Source: Scyliorhinus canicula | Lineage: Eukaryota | NCBI RefSeq assembly: GCF_902713615.1 | Contig: NW_024056016.1 | Span: 1 to 64,000, forward strand | Direction: 5' to 3' | DNA length: 64,000 nt | Shown: positions 47,823 to 59,360 of the stretch, piece by piece | Layout of the letters: every line of letters begins with the position of its first letter | How positions within the stretch are numbered: the first letter of the stretch is position 1 | Translations under genes and position numbers: made by a program | Notes under the pieces: generated by a model | Database searches by the model: none | What the model was told of the DNA's origin: nothing | Seen by the model: the letters and a program-made list of their open reading frames with translations, nothing else

Positions 47823-48880
47823 CTGAGTGAATCCCTTCCCACACTCAGAACAGGCGAATGGTCTGTCGCGGGTGTGACGGTGATGATGAATTTCCAACTC
47901 ACATGGAGACCTGAATCCCTTCCCACAGTCCCCACATTGCCATGGTTACAGCATGCTGCTGGTGTCCTTGTCCCTCTCCAAGTTTGACGATCAGTTGAAC
48001 TCAAGTGTGTGTGTATCGGGTCTTTTTTCAGTAACGCTGATCTTTTTAAAAAATAAATTTAGAGTATCCATTTTTTTTCCAATTAAGGGGCAATTTAGCC
48101 TGTCCAATTCACCTAGCCTGCACATCTTTGGGTTGTGGGGCTGAAACCCACACAAACACGGGGAGAATGTGCAAACTCCACACGGACAGTGACCCAGGGC
48201 CGAGATCGAACCAGGGACCTCGGCTCCGTGAGGCAGCAGTCCCAGTCACACTGCTGTTGAAAATCTTTTCTTACAGACAGAGCAGGCAAACATTTCTTCG
48301 TCTATATTCACGGGCCAATGATATTCAGGTCCTGATGAATGGAGCGACTCTGTTAAATCTTGCTGTGAAGTTTGATTTGAGTTTCCATTTGTAAATCCTC
48401 CCCTTGTAATATCCTGTAAAAGGAGTTTATAAAAGTCAGCACTAGGGGCAGGCACGGTGGCTCAGTGGTTAGCCGAGAACCCGGGTTTGATCCCGGGTCT
48501 CTGTCCATATGGACTTTGCACATTCTCCCCTTGTCAGCATGAGTTTCAACCCCACAATCCAAAAAGATGTGATGGATAAAATTACCCCTTAATTGGGACA
48601 AAATACAATTTTGTACTCTATATTTAATTAAAAAAACAATAGTCAGCACTCAGTCCAAGATAGAAATTCTGAACAGGCAATTCTAGTTTCTCTGGAACAG
48701 TTTTCCCTCTCTTGTTCCCCCAAAGCTGTAAATCCCCGTCCCACACACTCTCCCTCCTCCCTGGGCTGAAATCCAAACCCATCTCACCATCTGCACCATT
48801 TCTTTCCTCCACTCCCAGTTTTCTCCCTCCCTCTCCTCTGCCTGGGTTCAGTTCTCCAGCTTCTGTCTGCAGACTGACAA
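47816..48880 (-). pseudogene. C2H2 ZNF pseudogene (unit C), split by SINEs and truncated at the L1 fragment
   Basis: FACSVCKKRF (ORF 48246-48455); frameshifted CGDCGKGF…IH…H and [14 protein letters not shown] at 47816-47945; intron 48650-48880 is the reverse-complement homologue of 50690-50815. Confidence 0.8.
48035..48250 (-). mobile_element. HE1-type SINE, short A-tailed form, within ZNF unit C
   Basis: T-run, AATTAAGGGGCAATTTAGC, and V-domain in reverse complement. Confidence 0.88.
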
Positions 48881-48971
48881 TAAAACCAATGGGTCTTATT
48901 GGGGCCTCCAGCGGGTGTTTGTGAATACTCCCTGTCTACCTCCCTGGGTTTCCTTCCTCCCCACAGACCAG

Positions 48972-49401
48972 GGCCTCGATTCTCTGGTCCGGTGTCAGAG
49001 TGCCGGCGCCAAAACAGGAGTACTTTACTCCGGCACAGGTTCCGAGACCCGATTCCCGGGTGCTGGGGGGGCCAGCACGGCGCTGAAGTGGCCCATCTCC
49101 CACAGGCCGCCCCCAGACCGTTCAACCCCGAGGTCCAGCCGGGCCCAGAGCATATTAGAACAGCGCCGGCGGGACTAGGATTTTTTCAGTCGGCCGGTCG
49201 ATCCATTCGGGCTGGAGAATTGCGGCGCCGCCGGAGGATCGCCGCTATGGCCGTTTGCGGCGATTCTCCGTGCGGCCCAGCATCATGCGCGCCTGCCCGA
49301 TTTTTTTTATGGGTGGGAGAATGGCGTTGAGGTGGCATGGCGCAATTCGCGCAGTCCCCTGCCGATTCTCCGGCCCGGCAAGGGGTCGGAGAATCGCGAC
49401 C
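48972..49401. mobile_element. GC-rich MITE-like element with imperfect TIRs
   Basis: GGCCTCGATTCTC (48972-48984) vs GAGAATCGCGACC (49389-49401), 11/13 complementary; internal GGAGAAT/ATTCTCC copies; TSD not resolved. Confidence 0.65.
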
Positions 49402-49569
49402 AGAGTCCTCTGATGATTTGAGCCCAACCTCGAATCACGTTAAATTTCCATTTAATTGGGAAACAAAATTAAATGAAATTTCGTGGCTCCACAAAGTGTT
49501 TCCAACTCCTGCCTCCCACCCCGTTAACAGGTGGATGCAATTATTTTTCTTACTGAAAGGGTGGTCTCT

Positions 49570-50095
49570 GGGGCATGGTAGTGCTGTGGTTAGCACTGCT
49601 GCCTAATGGTGCTGAGAATCCGGGTTCGATCCTAGCCCCGGGTCACTATCCATGTGGAATTTACACATTCTCCCCGTCTCTGCGTGTGTCTCACCTTCTC
49701 AACCCAAAGATGTGCAGGGTAGGTGATTTGAACAAGCTAATTTTGCACCTTAATTGGAATAAAAAGTTGGTTACACCAAATATATTTTTAAAAACTCTTT
49801 CCTAATGTTTACAATTAAAGGTGTGGGTACCCCAGGAGAGGGCTACATTTCAGGGACAGTAAATGGACAGGTATCCGTCTCATGTTCTTATCTGGTACAG
49901 ACCAAAGATGTGCGGGTTAGGTGGATTGGCCATGCTAAATTGCCCGTAGTGTCCTAATAAAAGTAAGGTTATGGGGGATGCTGTTGGGTTACGGGTATAG
50001 GGTGGATACGTGGGCTTGAATAGGGTGATCATGGCTCGGCACAACATTGAGGGCCGAAGGGCCTGTTCTGTGCTGTACTGTTCTATATCTATAGA
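49570..50095 (+). mobile_element. Two HE1-type SINE pieces (49570-49795 short form; 49900-50095 3' half of long form)
   Basis: V-domains; second piece ends GGGCCGAAGGGCCTGTTCTGTGCTGTACTGTTCTAT. Confidence 0.85.
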
Positions 50096-50164
50096 TTAGA
50101 TATATTAATTACAGTTCCGTAATAAAATTCATAATTATTTCTCTCCATGTACTATAAGACTGTA

Positions 50165-50585
50165 GCTATGTTATAGATTTCCAGCTATCTCTTCCCTCAG
50201 AGGGTTGTGTTGGATTTCTCTTCCACAGGGACCAGTTGTATCTGGGGGTCATTGAATATATTGAACCGCAAGTTAGACAGATATTTTATTGACAATGGAG
50301 TTAAGGGTTACGGGGAACATGTAGGAAAATAGAGTGAAAGCTGAGATGAGGAGGGATCTCTTCACTCGAGGATGTGATGAAGCTTCGGAATTCTCTACCC
50401 CAGAGGAATATGGAGCCTCAGCCATTAGGTATGTTCAAGACAAATATTGACAGGTTTCTAGATGTTGAAGATATCGAGGGATATGGGAATCGTGAGGGAA
50501 AATGGTGCTGAGGTAGATCAGCCAAGGATCTCATTGAATGGTTGAGCAGACTCGGTGGGCCGAATGGCCGACTCTTGCTCCTATT
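50165..50585 (+). mobile_element. CR1-clade LINE 3' fragments
   Basis: Two successive copies of …TGGAATTCTCT(T/A)CC(A/C)CAG…TTCAAG…GACAG…; tail GGGCCGAATGGCC…CTCCTAT. Confidence 0.7.
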
Positions 50586-51213
50586 CTAATCTCTGTGTCC
50601 TGGTCAGGAAGCAGTGAGCTGAGCTTGGATCTGTCAATCAACATGAATCAGCATCTTCAGGAGAATTGGGAGGGTGAATAGTAGATACAGCAGAGTGAGA
50701 ATGGAGGGAGATTGTGTCGGATGGAGATTTACAGATTTTGGAAAAGGAGAGAGGAAATTATATTCCATAGGAAGTAGAATTGTCTATTCTGAATTCCTAT
50801 CCTGTAATAACAGTGATGACTTTCGTAAATTGTTTTTAAAGGATATTAGAAGAGGAGGAATTATAGACAGAAATCTCAAACATCACGTCTCGATGTGACA
50901 AACTCACTCGATTCCTTCTGATCTGAAAACAACGGGCTCTGAACATCATCGACGAGAAGGAGAAATTTTTGTCCGATCTTTCGGCGTCAAAAGATTTGAA
51001 ATATCAGTGTGACTGGAAAAGCACCGAGACCTACACCACACATCCGAGTGAGAGAGTTCCAGTGAACTCACTGCGAAAAGAGCTTCAACCAGACACACGG
51101 CCTGAAAAAAACATCACACCATTCACACTGAGGAGAGACAGTGCACATGTTCTGTGTGTAGACAAGGCTTCAACTGATTGTCCAATCTGGAGATACACGA
51201 TGAGACCCAAAAC

Positions 51214-52080
51214 ATGGAGAAACCGTGGAAATGTGCTGACTGTGGGAAGGGATTTAGAGCCCCATCTGTGCTGGAGATTCATCGCCGCAGTCACACTGGG
51301 CAGAGGCCATTCACCTGCTCTCAGTGTGGGAAAGGATTCACTCACTTCTTTAACCTGCAGTCACACCAGCGAGTTCACACTGGGGAGAGGCCATTCACCT
51401 GCTCTCAGTGTGGGAAGGAATTCACTCAGTTATCCAGTCTGCATACACACCAGCGAGTTCACACTGGGGAGAAGCCATTCACCTGTTCCCAGTGTGGGAC
51501 GGGATTCAGTTCTTCATCCAACCTACGGAGACATCAGCGAGTTCATACTGGGGAGAGGCCATTCACCTGCTCCCTCTGTGAGAAGGGATTCAGTGATTTA
51601 TCCACCCTGCAGACACACCGGCGAATTCACACTGGGGAGAAGCCATTCATCTGCTCTCAGTGTGGGAATGGATTTACACATTTATCCAGTCTGCAGACAC
51701 ACCAGCGAATTCACACTAGGGAGAGGCCATTCACGTGCTCTCAGTGTGGGAAGGGATTCAATAACTCGTCCAACCTTCGGAACCATCAGCGAGTTCACAC
51801 TGGGGAGAGGCCGTTCACCTGCTCTCAGTGTGGGAAGGGATTTGTTAGTTCATCCACCATGAAGAGACATAAGCGAATTCACACTGGGGAGAGGCCATTC
51901 ACCTGCTCTCAGTGTGGGAAAGGATTCAGTGATTTATCCACCCTGCGGAAACATCAGCGAATTCACACTGGGGAGAGGCCATTCACCTGCTCCCAGTGTG
52001 GGAAGGGATTCAGTAATTCGTCCAACCTTCAGAAACACCGGCGAGTTCACACTGGAGAGAGGCCATTCATCTGCTCTTAG
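51214..52080 (+). CDS. C2H2 zinc-finger protein (unit D): 10 complete tandem fingers, premature TAG in finger 11
   Basis: [14 protein letters not shown]… with ten C-x2-C-x12-H-x3-H units joined by TG(E/Q)(R/K)PF-type linkers; last-exon acceptor probably at 50840-50841; degenerate fingers upstream at 50960-51213; no KRAB or other effector domain seen. Confidence 0.88.
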   Translation: MEKPWKCADCGKGFRAPSVLEIHRRSHTGQRPFTCSQCGKGFTHFFNLQSHQRVHTGERPFTCSQCGKEFTQLSSLHTHQRVHTGEKPFTCSQCGTGFSSSSNLRRHQRVHTGERPFTCSLCEKGFSDLSTLQTHRRIHTGEKPFICSQCGNGFTHLSSLQTHQRIHTRERPFTCSQCGKGFNNSSNLRNHQRVHTGERPFTCSQCGKGFVSSSTMKRHKRIHTGERPFTCSQCGKGFSDLSTLRKHQRIHTGERPFTCSQCGKGFSNSSNLQKHRRVHTGERPFICS

Positions 52081-52094
52081 TGTGGGAAGGGATT

Positions 52095-54450
52095 ATATAG
52101 AAACATGAAAAGGGGGAGCAGGAAGAGGCTATTTGGCCCTTTGCGCCTGATCTGCCATTCATTATGATCATGGCTTAACATCCAACTCAATAGCTTAATC
52201 CCGCTTTCCCCTCCATATCCTTTGATCGCCTTCAGTGCTGTATCTAACTGCTTCTTGCAAACAGATAATGTATTGGCCTTAAAGTTTTCCTGTGGTAACA
52301 AATTCCACGGGCTCACCACTCTCTGGTTGAAGAAATTTCTCCTCATCTCTGTCTAAATGGTATCTCCCGTATCCTCAGATTGCGACCTCTGGTTCTGTAC
52401 ACACCCACCATCGGGAAAATCTTTCCTGCATCTCCCTTGTTAAGTCCTGTTCGAATATTATAGGTTTCTATGAGATCCCCCTCATTCTTCTGAACTCCAG
52501 CGAATACAAACCTAACTGATTCAATCTCTCATACGTCAGTCCCACCATCCCAGGAATCAGTCTGGTAAACGCTCGCTGCACTCCCTCTAGAGCAAGAACA
52601 TCCTTCCTCAGATAAGGAGACCAAAATTGCTCACAATATTCCAGGTATGGCCTCGCCACAGCCCTGTGTAATAATAGCAAGATATTCCTGCTCCTGTACT
52701 TGAATCCGCTCGCAATGAAGGCTAGCGTACCATTTGCCTTCTTTACCGCCTGCTGTAGCTGCGTGCTTACCTTCAGTGACTGGTGTACGAGGATACCCAG
52801 GTCTCGTTGCACATTCCCCGCCTCTCCTAATCTATGGCCGTTCAGATAATAGTCTGCCTTCTCATTTTTGGTACCAATGTGGATAACCTCGCATTTCTCC
52901 AAATTATACTGCATCTGCCATTCATTTGCCCACTCACTCAACTTGTCCAAATCACACTGAAGGATCTCTGCATCCTCCTCACAGCTCACCCTCCCAAGCA
53001 ACTTGTGTGATCTGTAAATTTGGAGATATTGCATTTTGTTCCCTCATCTAAGTTGTTAATATATAAGTGGCGCAGCTGCCTCATGGTGCTGAGGATCAGG
53101 GTTCAATCATGCCTGGGTCACTGTCTGTGTGCAGTCAAGTTCTCGATTTTGCGTGGGTCTCACCCCCATAACCCCAAAGATGTGCAGTGGAGGGGAACTG
53201 GCCATGCTAAATTACCACTTCATTGCAAAAATAGAATTGGGTACTTTAAATTTGAAAAGAAAAATCATTTATATATCTTGTGATTATCTGGGCCCAGGCA
53301 CTGATCCCAGCGGTACCCCACTAGCCACTGCCTGCCAATTTGAAAAAGATCCATTAATTCCTCCTCTTTGTTTCCTGTCTGCCAGTCAGTTTTTTATCCA
53401 TCTCAAGAGACGACCCCTAATCTCATGTGCTTTCATTTTACACACTAATATCTTATGCAGGAATAAGTCGAAAGCCATCTGAAAGTCCAAATATACCACA
53501 TCCACTGGCTCTCCCTCGTCAACTCTACCAGTTACACCCTTGAAGAATTCCAGTAGATTTGTCAAGCATGATTTCCCCTACATAAATCCATGCTGGCTCT
53601 GTCCGATCCTGCCAATGGTTTCGAAGTGCTTTGCTTTAAAATCTTTGATAATGGATTCTAAAATTTGCCCCTCTGCCGATGTCAGGCTTACTGGTCTATA
53701 ATTCCCTGTTTTGTCTCGAGCTCCCTATTTAAATAGTGAGTTACATAATCCACCCTCCAATGTGCAGGAATTGTTCCAGAGTCTATAGAATCCTGGAAGA
53801 TGACCACCAATGCATCCATTATTTCTAGAACCACTTCCTTAAGTACTTTGGGATACAGATTATCAGGCCCTGGGGATTTATCAGCCTTCCATCCCATCAA
53901 TTTCCCCAACACCATTTCTCGAATATTGATCTCCTTCAGTTCCTTCCTCTCACTAAATCCTGCGTTCCCCAACATTTCTAGCATCTGATTTGTGAAGACA
54001 GAACCAGAGTATGTATTTATTTGCTCAGCCATTTCTTTGTCCCCTATTATACATTCCTCTGTTTCTGACTGTAAGGAACCTACATTTGTCTTCATCAATC
54101 TTTTTCTCTTCACATACCGACAGAAACTTATACAATCGGCCTAATTTCCTGTTTTGTGCCATTCCCAACATCACCACTGCAGTTTGGGGGTCTATATAAG
54201 ATGCCCACTAATGTTTTTTGCCCCTTGGTGTTTCTCAGCTCTACCCATACAGACTCCACATTGTCGGAGCTAATATCCTTCCTCACTATTGCATTAATTT
54301 CCTCTTTAACCAGCACTGCCACTCCACTGCCTTTTCCTTTTTGTCTGTCCTTCCTAAATACTGAAGATATTCAGTTCCCACCCCTGGTCATCCTGCAGCC
54401 ATGTCTCCATAATCCTGATTATCTCACACCCGTTTACATCTATTTACACA
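52095..54450 (-). mobile_element. CR1-clade LINE with internal deletions, inserted into finger 11 of unit D
   Basis: APE endonuclease motif (VWVELRN…LVGILYRPP), KSPGPD, and C-terminal ORF2 (LEYCEQFWSPYLRKD…); ATT at both junctions. Confidence 0.9.
53067..53262 (+). mobile_element. HE1-type SINE nested in the LINE
   Basis: V-domain and A-rich tail; T(A/T)ATATAT-like duplication on both flanks. Confidence 0.8.
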
Positions 54451-54583
54451 ATTCACTCGGTTATGCCGTCTGCAGTCACACCTGGGAGTTCACACTGGGG
54501 AGAGGCCGTTCACCTGCTCTCAATGTGCGAAGGGATTTTCTAATTCATCGCACTTTCTGAGACACCAACAAGTTCACAACTGA
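54451..54583 (+). pseudogene. Displaced 3' end of ZNF unit D (rest of finger 11, finger 12, TGA)
   Basis: Rejoining gives [47 protein letters not shown]. Confidence 0.88.
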
Positions 54584-54807
54584 TTACAGGGATTGGATTC
54601 TGCTGTTATTGTTTCTGTTCTCAATTACATCCAGGATTGCATTTTGTTCATTCTGTTGGTCAGTGGGGAAGGTCAGAGGGTTTCTTTCTGCTGGACTGGC
54701 CGGTCTCACGGCTTCTCCCCCAGTGGGCTGATTCTCTCTGAGCCTTCTTGCGAATATCTGGTTACACATTTCACATGGATCAAAGAGTGAAAGGGAGTTT
54801 GGAGGTT

Positions 54808-55143
54808 CATAGATCATGGAATTTACAGTGCTGAAGAAGTCCATTCAGCCCATCGAGTCTGCACCGGCCCTTGGAAAGAGCATCCCAACCAAGCCCGCAC
54901 CTCCACCCTATCCCAGTAACCCCACTTAATCTTTTTTGGACACTAAGGGCAATTTAGCATGGCCAATCCACCTAACCCGCACATCATTGGACTGTGGGAG
55001 GAAACTGGAGCACCCGGAGGAAACCCACGCACACTCGGGGAGATCGTGCAGACTCCACACAGACAGTGACCCAAGCCGGGAATCGAACCTGGTACCCTGG
55101 AGCTGAGAAGCAGCTGTGCTAACCACTATGCTACCATGCTGTT
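54808..55143 (-). mobile_element. HE1-type SINE, long form
   Basis: Near-consensus reverse complement. Confidence 0.9.
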
Positions 55144-55689
55144 CAGGTTAGAAGATATTTCATTACCATTTCTGTTTTGAAATCCCCCAAATCATGCCAC
55201 ATTGCCATGAAGATGGGCTATGGTGGTTACATGGTTCTTTTGTTTAATTTGTCTTGGTGCTTCTCACAGAAGAAAACTATCAGGGTATGAGGGGCAAGTT
55301 GTCTGAGGTGTACTGGGAAACTACATTGAATAGTATGGTGGGAGACAGGCAATCACTAATATTTATGGATTTATTACAGATTTACACGGGGATTGGTTAG
55401 CTCAGTTGACTGGATGGCTGGTTTGTGCTGAGTGACACGAACAGCACAGGTTAAATTCCCATAGCGGCTGAGGTTAGCCATGGTCTGTCAGTATTTGTGC
55501 TCCACATGACCCTCCACCCACCCCTCTATATCCCCCCCCCCTCTATACCCTCCTCCTCCCCCCCCTCTATACCCTCCTCCTCCTCTCCCCCCCTCTATAC
55601 CCTCCTCCTCCTCTCCCCCCCCCCCCACCATCAGCATCTCCCTCTATTCCTTTCTCCCTCATATATGTATCTAGCTTTACGTTCAATGG

Positions 55690-57010
55690 ATTAATGCTGT
55701 TCACCTCAACCACTTGCTGTGGGAGTGAGTTGCACATTCTCACCACTCGCTGGTAAAGAGGTTTCTGCTGAAATTCCTATTGGATTATTGAATTCCTTCA
55801 TAATCTGAAAAACTTCCTCCAGGTCACCCATCAGTCTTCTCCTTTCCAGAAAAAAGCAGCCCCAGACTTTCCTGGGTGTTAAATGCTCTCAGGTCTGTAT
55901 ATTATGAACCTTTGTTGCACCTTATCCAGTGCCTCTATTTCCTTAATCGAAATGGATATCACCAATGTTGACAGTGTTCCCAGTGTAGTCTAACCCCGGT
56001 TCTAAACAAGCTGAACATTTCCTCCGTGCTTTTCAATTCTATCTCTCTAGAATGGAACCCTATATATAATTGCCCCACACTTTGGGAAAGATGTGAAGTT
56101 CTCAGAGACGGTGTCGAGAACATTTACGAGAATGGTCCAAGAGATGAGGGACTCCAGTTAGTTGTGATGTGGAGATGCCGGCGTTGGACTGGGGTGAGCA
56201 CAGTAAGAAGTCTTACAACACCAGGTTAAAGTCCAACAGGTTTGTTTCAAACACGAGCTTTCGGAGCACGGCTCCTTCTTCAGGTGAATGGAAAGGCTTG
56301 TTCCAGAAATGTTTATATAGACACAGTCAGAGATGCCCCGGAATGCGAGCACCTGCAGGCAATCAAATCATCAAAGATGCAGAGAGAGAGGTAACTCCAG
56401 GTTAAAGAGGTGTGAATTGTCCCAAGCCAGTTCAGTCGGTAGGCCTCTGCAAGTCCAGGCTTGTTGGTGGGGGCCGAATGTAATGCGACATGAATCCCAG
56501 ATCCCGGTTGAGTCCGCATTCATGCGTGCGGAACTTAGCTATAAGTTTTTGCTCAGCAATTTTGCGTTGTCGCGTCTCCTGAAGGCCTCCTTGTAGAATG
56601 CTGACCCGGAGATCAGAGGCTGAATGTCCTTGACTGCTGAAGTGTTCCCCAACTGGAAGGGAACAGTCCTGCCTGTTGATAGTCGCACGATGCCCGTTTA
56701 TTCGTTGTCGCAGTGTCTGCATGGTCTCGCCAATGTACCAGTTAGTTGGAGTGACTGGAGCAGCTGAATTTCTCTCCTGAGATCACAGCATCTGAAGGGT
56801 GAGGAATGGGCCATTCAGCCCTTTGGGACCGTGTCGGCTCCCTATGGAGGAAGCCAGTTTGTCCATTGCCCTGTTCTATCCCCAAATCCCTGTGAGTTTA
56901 TTTCTCTCAATGCCTGTCCAATTTCCTATTGAAATCATTCCATCATCTCTGCATCTCCCACCCTCATAGGCGATAGGTTCCAGGTTGTTACCACTCCCTT
57001 TACATGTACA
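55690..57010. mobile_element. Patchwork of decayed CR1 fragments hosting the Penelope insertion
   Basis: CR1 3' sequence GAGATGAGGGACT…GACTGGAG…GCTG is continuous across the 56165-56740 insert. Confidence 0.6.
56165..56740 (-). mobile_element. Penelope-like element, 5'-truncated (GIY-YIG endonuclease C-terminus plus 3' end)
   Basis: WYIGETMQTLRQRINGHR…VGEHFS…H…R…E…I…GLN open to stop at 56432; CCAGTTAGTTG duplicated at 56154-56164 and 56738-56748. Confidence 0.92.
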
Positions 57011-57875
57011 CAAGGCTGTTTGAGCACAGAGGAGTCTATTTGGCCCATTTTTCCTATGCCAGCACTTTGTACAGCGACCCATTTAATCCCAGAGTTCGGC
57101 TATTTTGTTTTCTTTTTCAGAATGCATGAAATTCCCTTTTGGAAATTGCATTCCAATGAGATTCCAGCACCATTTATCAACAGTGCATTCCAAATCACAA
57201 AAACTCGCTGTGTTTTACAACAAATAATTGTGCATATGGTGTGTGTGGATTTTCAGAGTATTCAAAATGGTGTCAATGACGTGGGTATTACACAAAATTA
57301 AGACTCAATCTTTATCAATGATTCTGGTGAGGACACCGAGTGTAATATATGCGGACAATTAGAATAAATGTACATTTCTATAAAACCTCTCGACCACTGA
57401 ACCTCCTAAAGTGTTTTAAAGCCAATGGAGTACTTTTGAATTGAAACATATTCACTGTTGTAATGTCGGAAGCTGTAAGTATGTATGTGTAATTACATTT
57501 AGTTTTGAAATTGTTATTTTCATAGTGTATTCATTAGTGTCATTAGTAACACGGTCAAGGAAGCCCTTTTATACCTCGAACATGCAGCTTCCTGCAGCCA
57601 TTTCACCTTCTGTACCTTTTCTGTATTAACCACATTGATTTCACAGCAAAAAGCAATAATTAAATTTATGATTATTCAGTAGTGAACATAGATTATCATA
57701 CATGAATTGGTGTGTGAGGTAGTTATCTTGTAAAGACTAGTTCTTTATTTTAAAAAGTAACACTTCCAACCAAAATGTTTCCAGAAACTGCAGAGCTATC
57801 AGAATTTGTTTGAAAAAATAAATTACTTTATAATTTTGAGAAGTTACAAGACATCATATTCTGCCAAGACTATGT

Positions 57876-58245
57876 GGGCTGGGCAGAGGTGTAATGGTAT
57901 TGTTACTGGGCGAGTAATCCAGAGACCCAGGTTAATGCTCTAGGGATCTGGGATCGAATCTGCCTATGACAGTTTTTGAAATTGAATAAAAGTCTCAAAT
58001 TCAAAGTCTAATGTTGACATTGTTGATCGTTGTAAAAACCCGTCTGGTTCACTAATGTCCTTTATGAAATCTGCTCTCCTTTTGTGGCCTGTCCTGCACG
58101 TGACTCCAGATCCACAGCAATGTTGTGGTTGATTTGTAAGTCTCCTTAAATAACCTCACAAGACACACAGTTCGAGGGTAATTGGAATGAGCAGTAAATG
58201 CTGGTCCAGTCAGTGACGCCCACCTCCCATTAATGAATAATTTTT
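57876..58245 (+). mobile_element. Second SINE family copy
   Basis: Homologous to 11423-11778. Confidence 0.7.
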
Positions 58246-58644
58246 AAGGCGGCTCATTGTTCAATCTGAAGACAAGTAAGAAACTGTCTCTTTGATTGGA
58301 TTTGATTAATTGTCACGTGTATCAAGGTACAGTGAAAAATATTGTTCTACATTTCCAGACAGATTGCTCCATACATGAAAAAACATAGGACATACAATAA
58401 ACATACAATGTAAATACATAGACACAGACAGCGGGTGAAGCGTATGGATTATAGTACTACTCAGAAAAGAACCAGTGTATCTTGTATTAACCAAATGTAT
58501 TAATTAAAAATTAGTGTATTAATTAGTTTGTAACATGATTAAATAAGTAGTGATCCTTAATTGAGTGACAATTAATGAAACTTTTTTTTTATTCATTGGA
58601 CATTGGCGTCGCAGGCTGTGCCAGCATTTATCACCCATTCTTAT

Positions 58645-58815
58645 CGATTCCAGGCTTGGGTCACTGTCTGTGCGGATTCTGCACTTTCTCCCCATGTCTG
58701 CGTCCCCACGTAGACATGGGGAGAAGGTGTAATCTCCACACCGACAGCCACCCAAGGTTGAAATTGAACCTGAGTCCCTGGCACTGTGAGACAACAGTGG
58801 TAACCACTGTGCCAC
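58645..58815 (+). mobile_element. HE1-type SINE, chimeric/rearranged
   Basis: A + strand GGGTCACTGTCTGTGCGG… segment joined to a - strand head at GCACGTAGAC. Confidence 0.6.
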
Positions 58816-58899
58816 GCTAACAGTTGACTCTGGTGGGATATGAGCCCACAACCTTTGAATCCCTTACTTGCCATTAAGTAGAAGTCCAACACACTATCC

Positions 58900-59360
58900 A
58901 TTGTGCTACAGAGTCATACATATCCTTTAATCCCTTTAGCCCCAAGAGCTGTATCAAACCCCTTCTTCAAATTGTACACTGTATTGGCCTCAACGACTTT
59001 CTGTGGTAATGAATTCCACAGGCTCGTCACTCTCTCTAGGTGAAAAAATTTCTCCTCACCTCAGTCTTAAAAGTTTTACCCCTTATCCCCAAGCTATGAC
59101 CCCCTAGTTCTGGACTTCCCACCATTGGGAACATTCTTTATGAATCTACTCTGTCCACTCCTGTTAGAATTTTATACGTTTCTTTGAGATCTTCTCATTA
59201 AAAAAGAGATAGAGAAGCAGAATTAGGCCATTCAGCCCATCGAGTTTGCTCTGCCATTCGATCATGGCTGATATGTTTCTCGTCCCCATTATCCTGCCTT
59301 CTCCCCATAACACCTGAGCCTCTTATTCAAGAACCAATATATCTCTGTCTTAAAAAGACT
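58900..59360 (-). mobile_element. CR1-clade LINE 3' fragments
   Basis: TTCCACAGGCTCG…CTCT…AAAAAATTTCTCCTCACCTCAGTC; tail TAGGCCATTCAGCCCATCGAG. Confidence 0.7.

Noticed and set aside
50969-51862. 297-aa ORF overlapping the ZNF gene
   Set aside because: It is mostly an alternate-frame reading of the finger repeats; its 5' part is frameshifted degenerate fingers.
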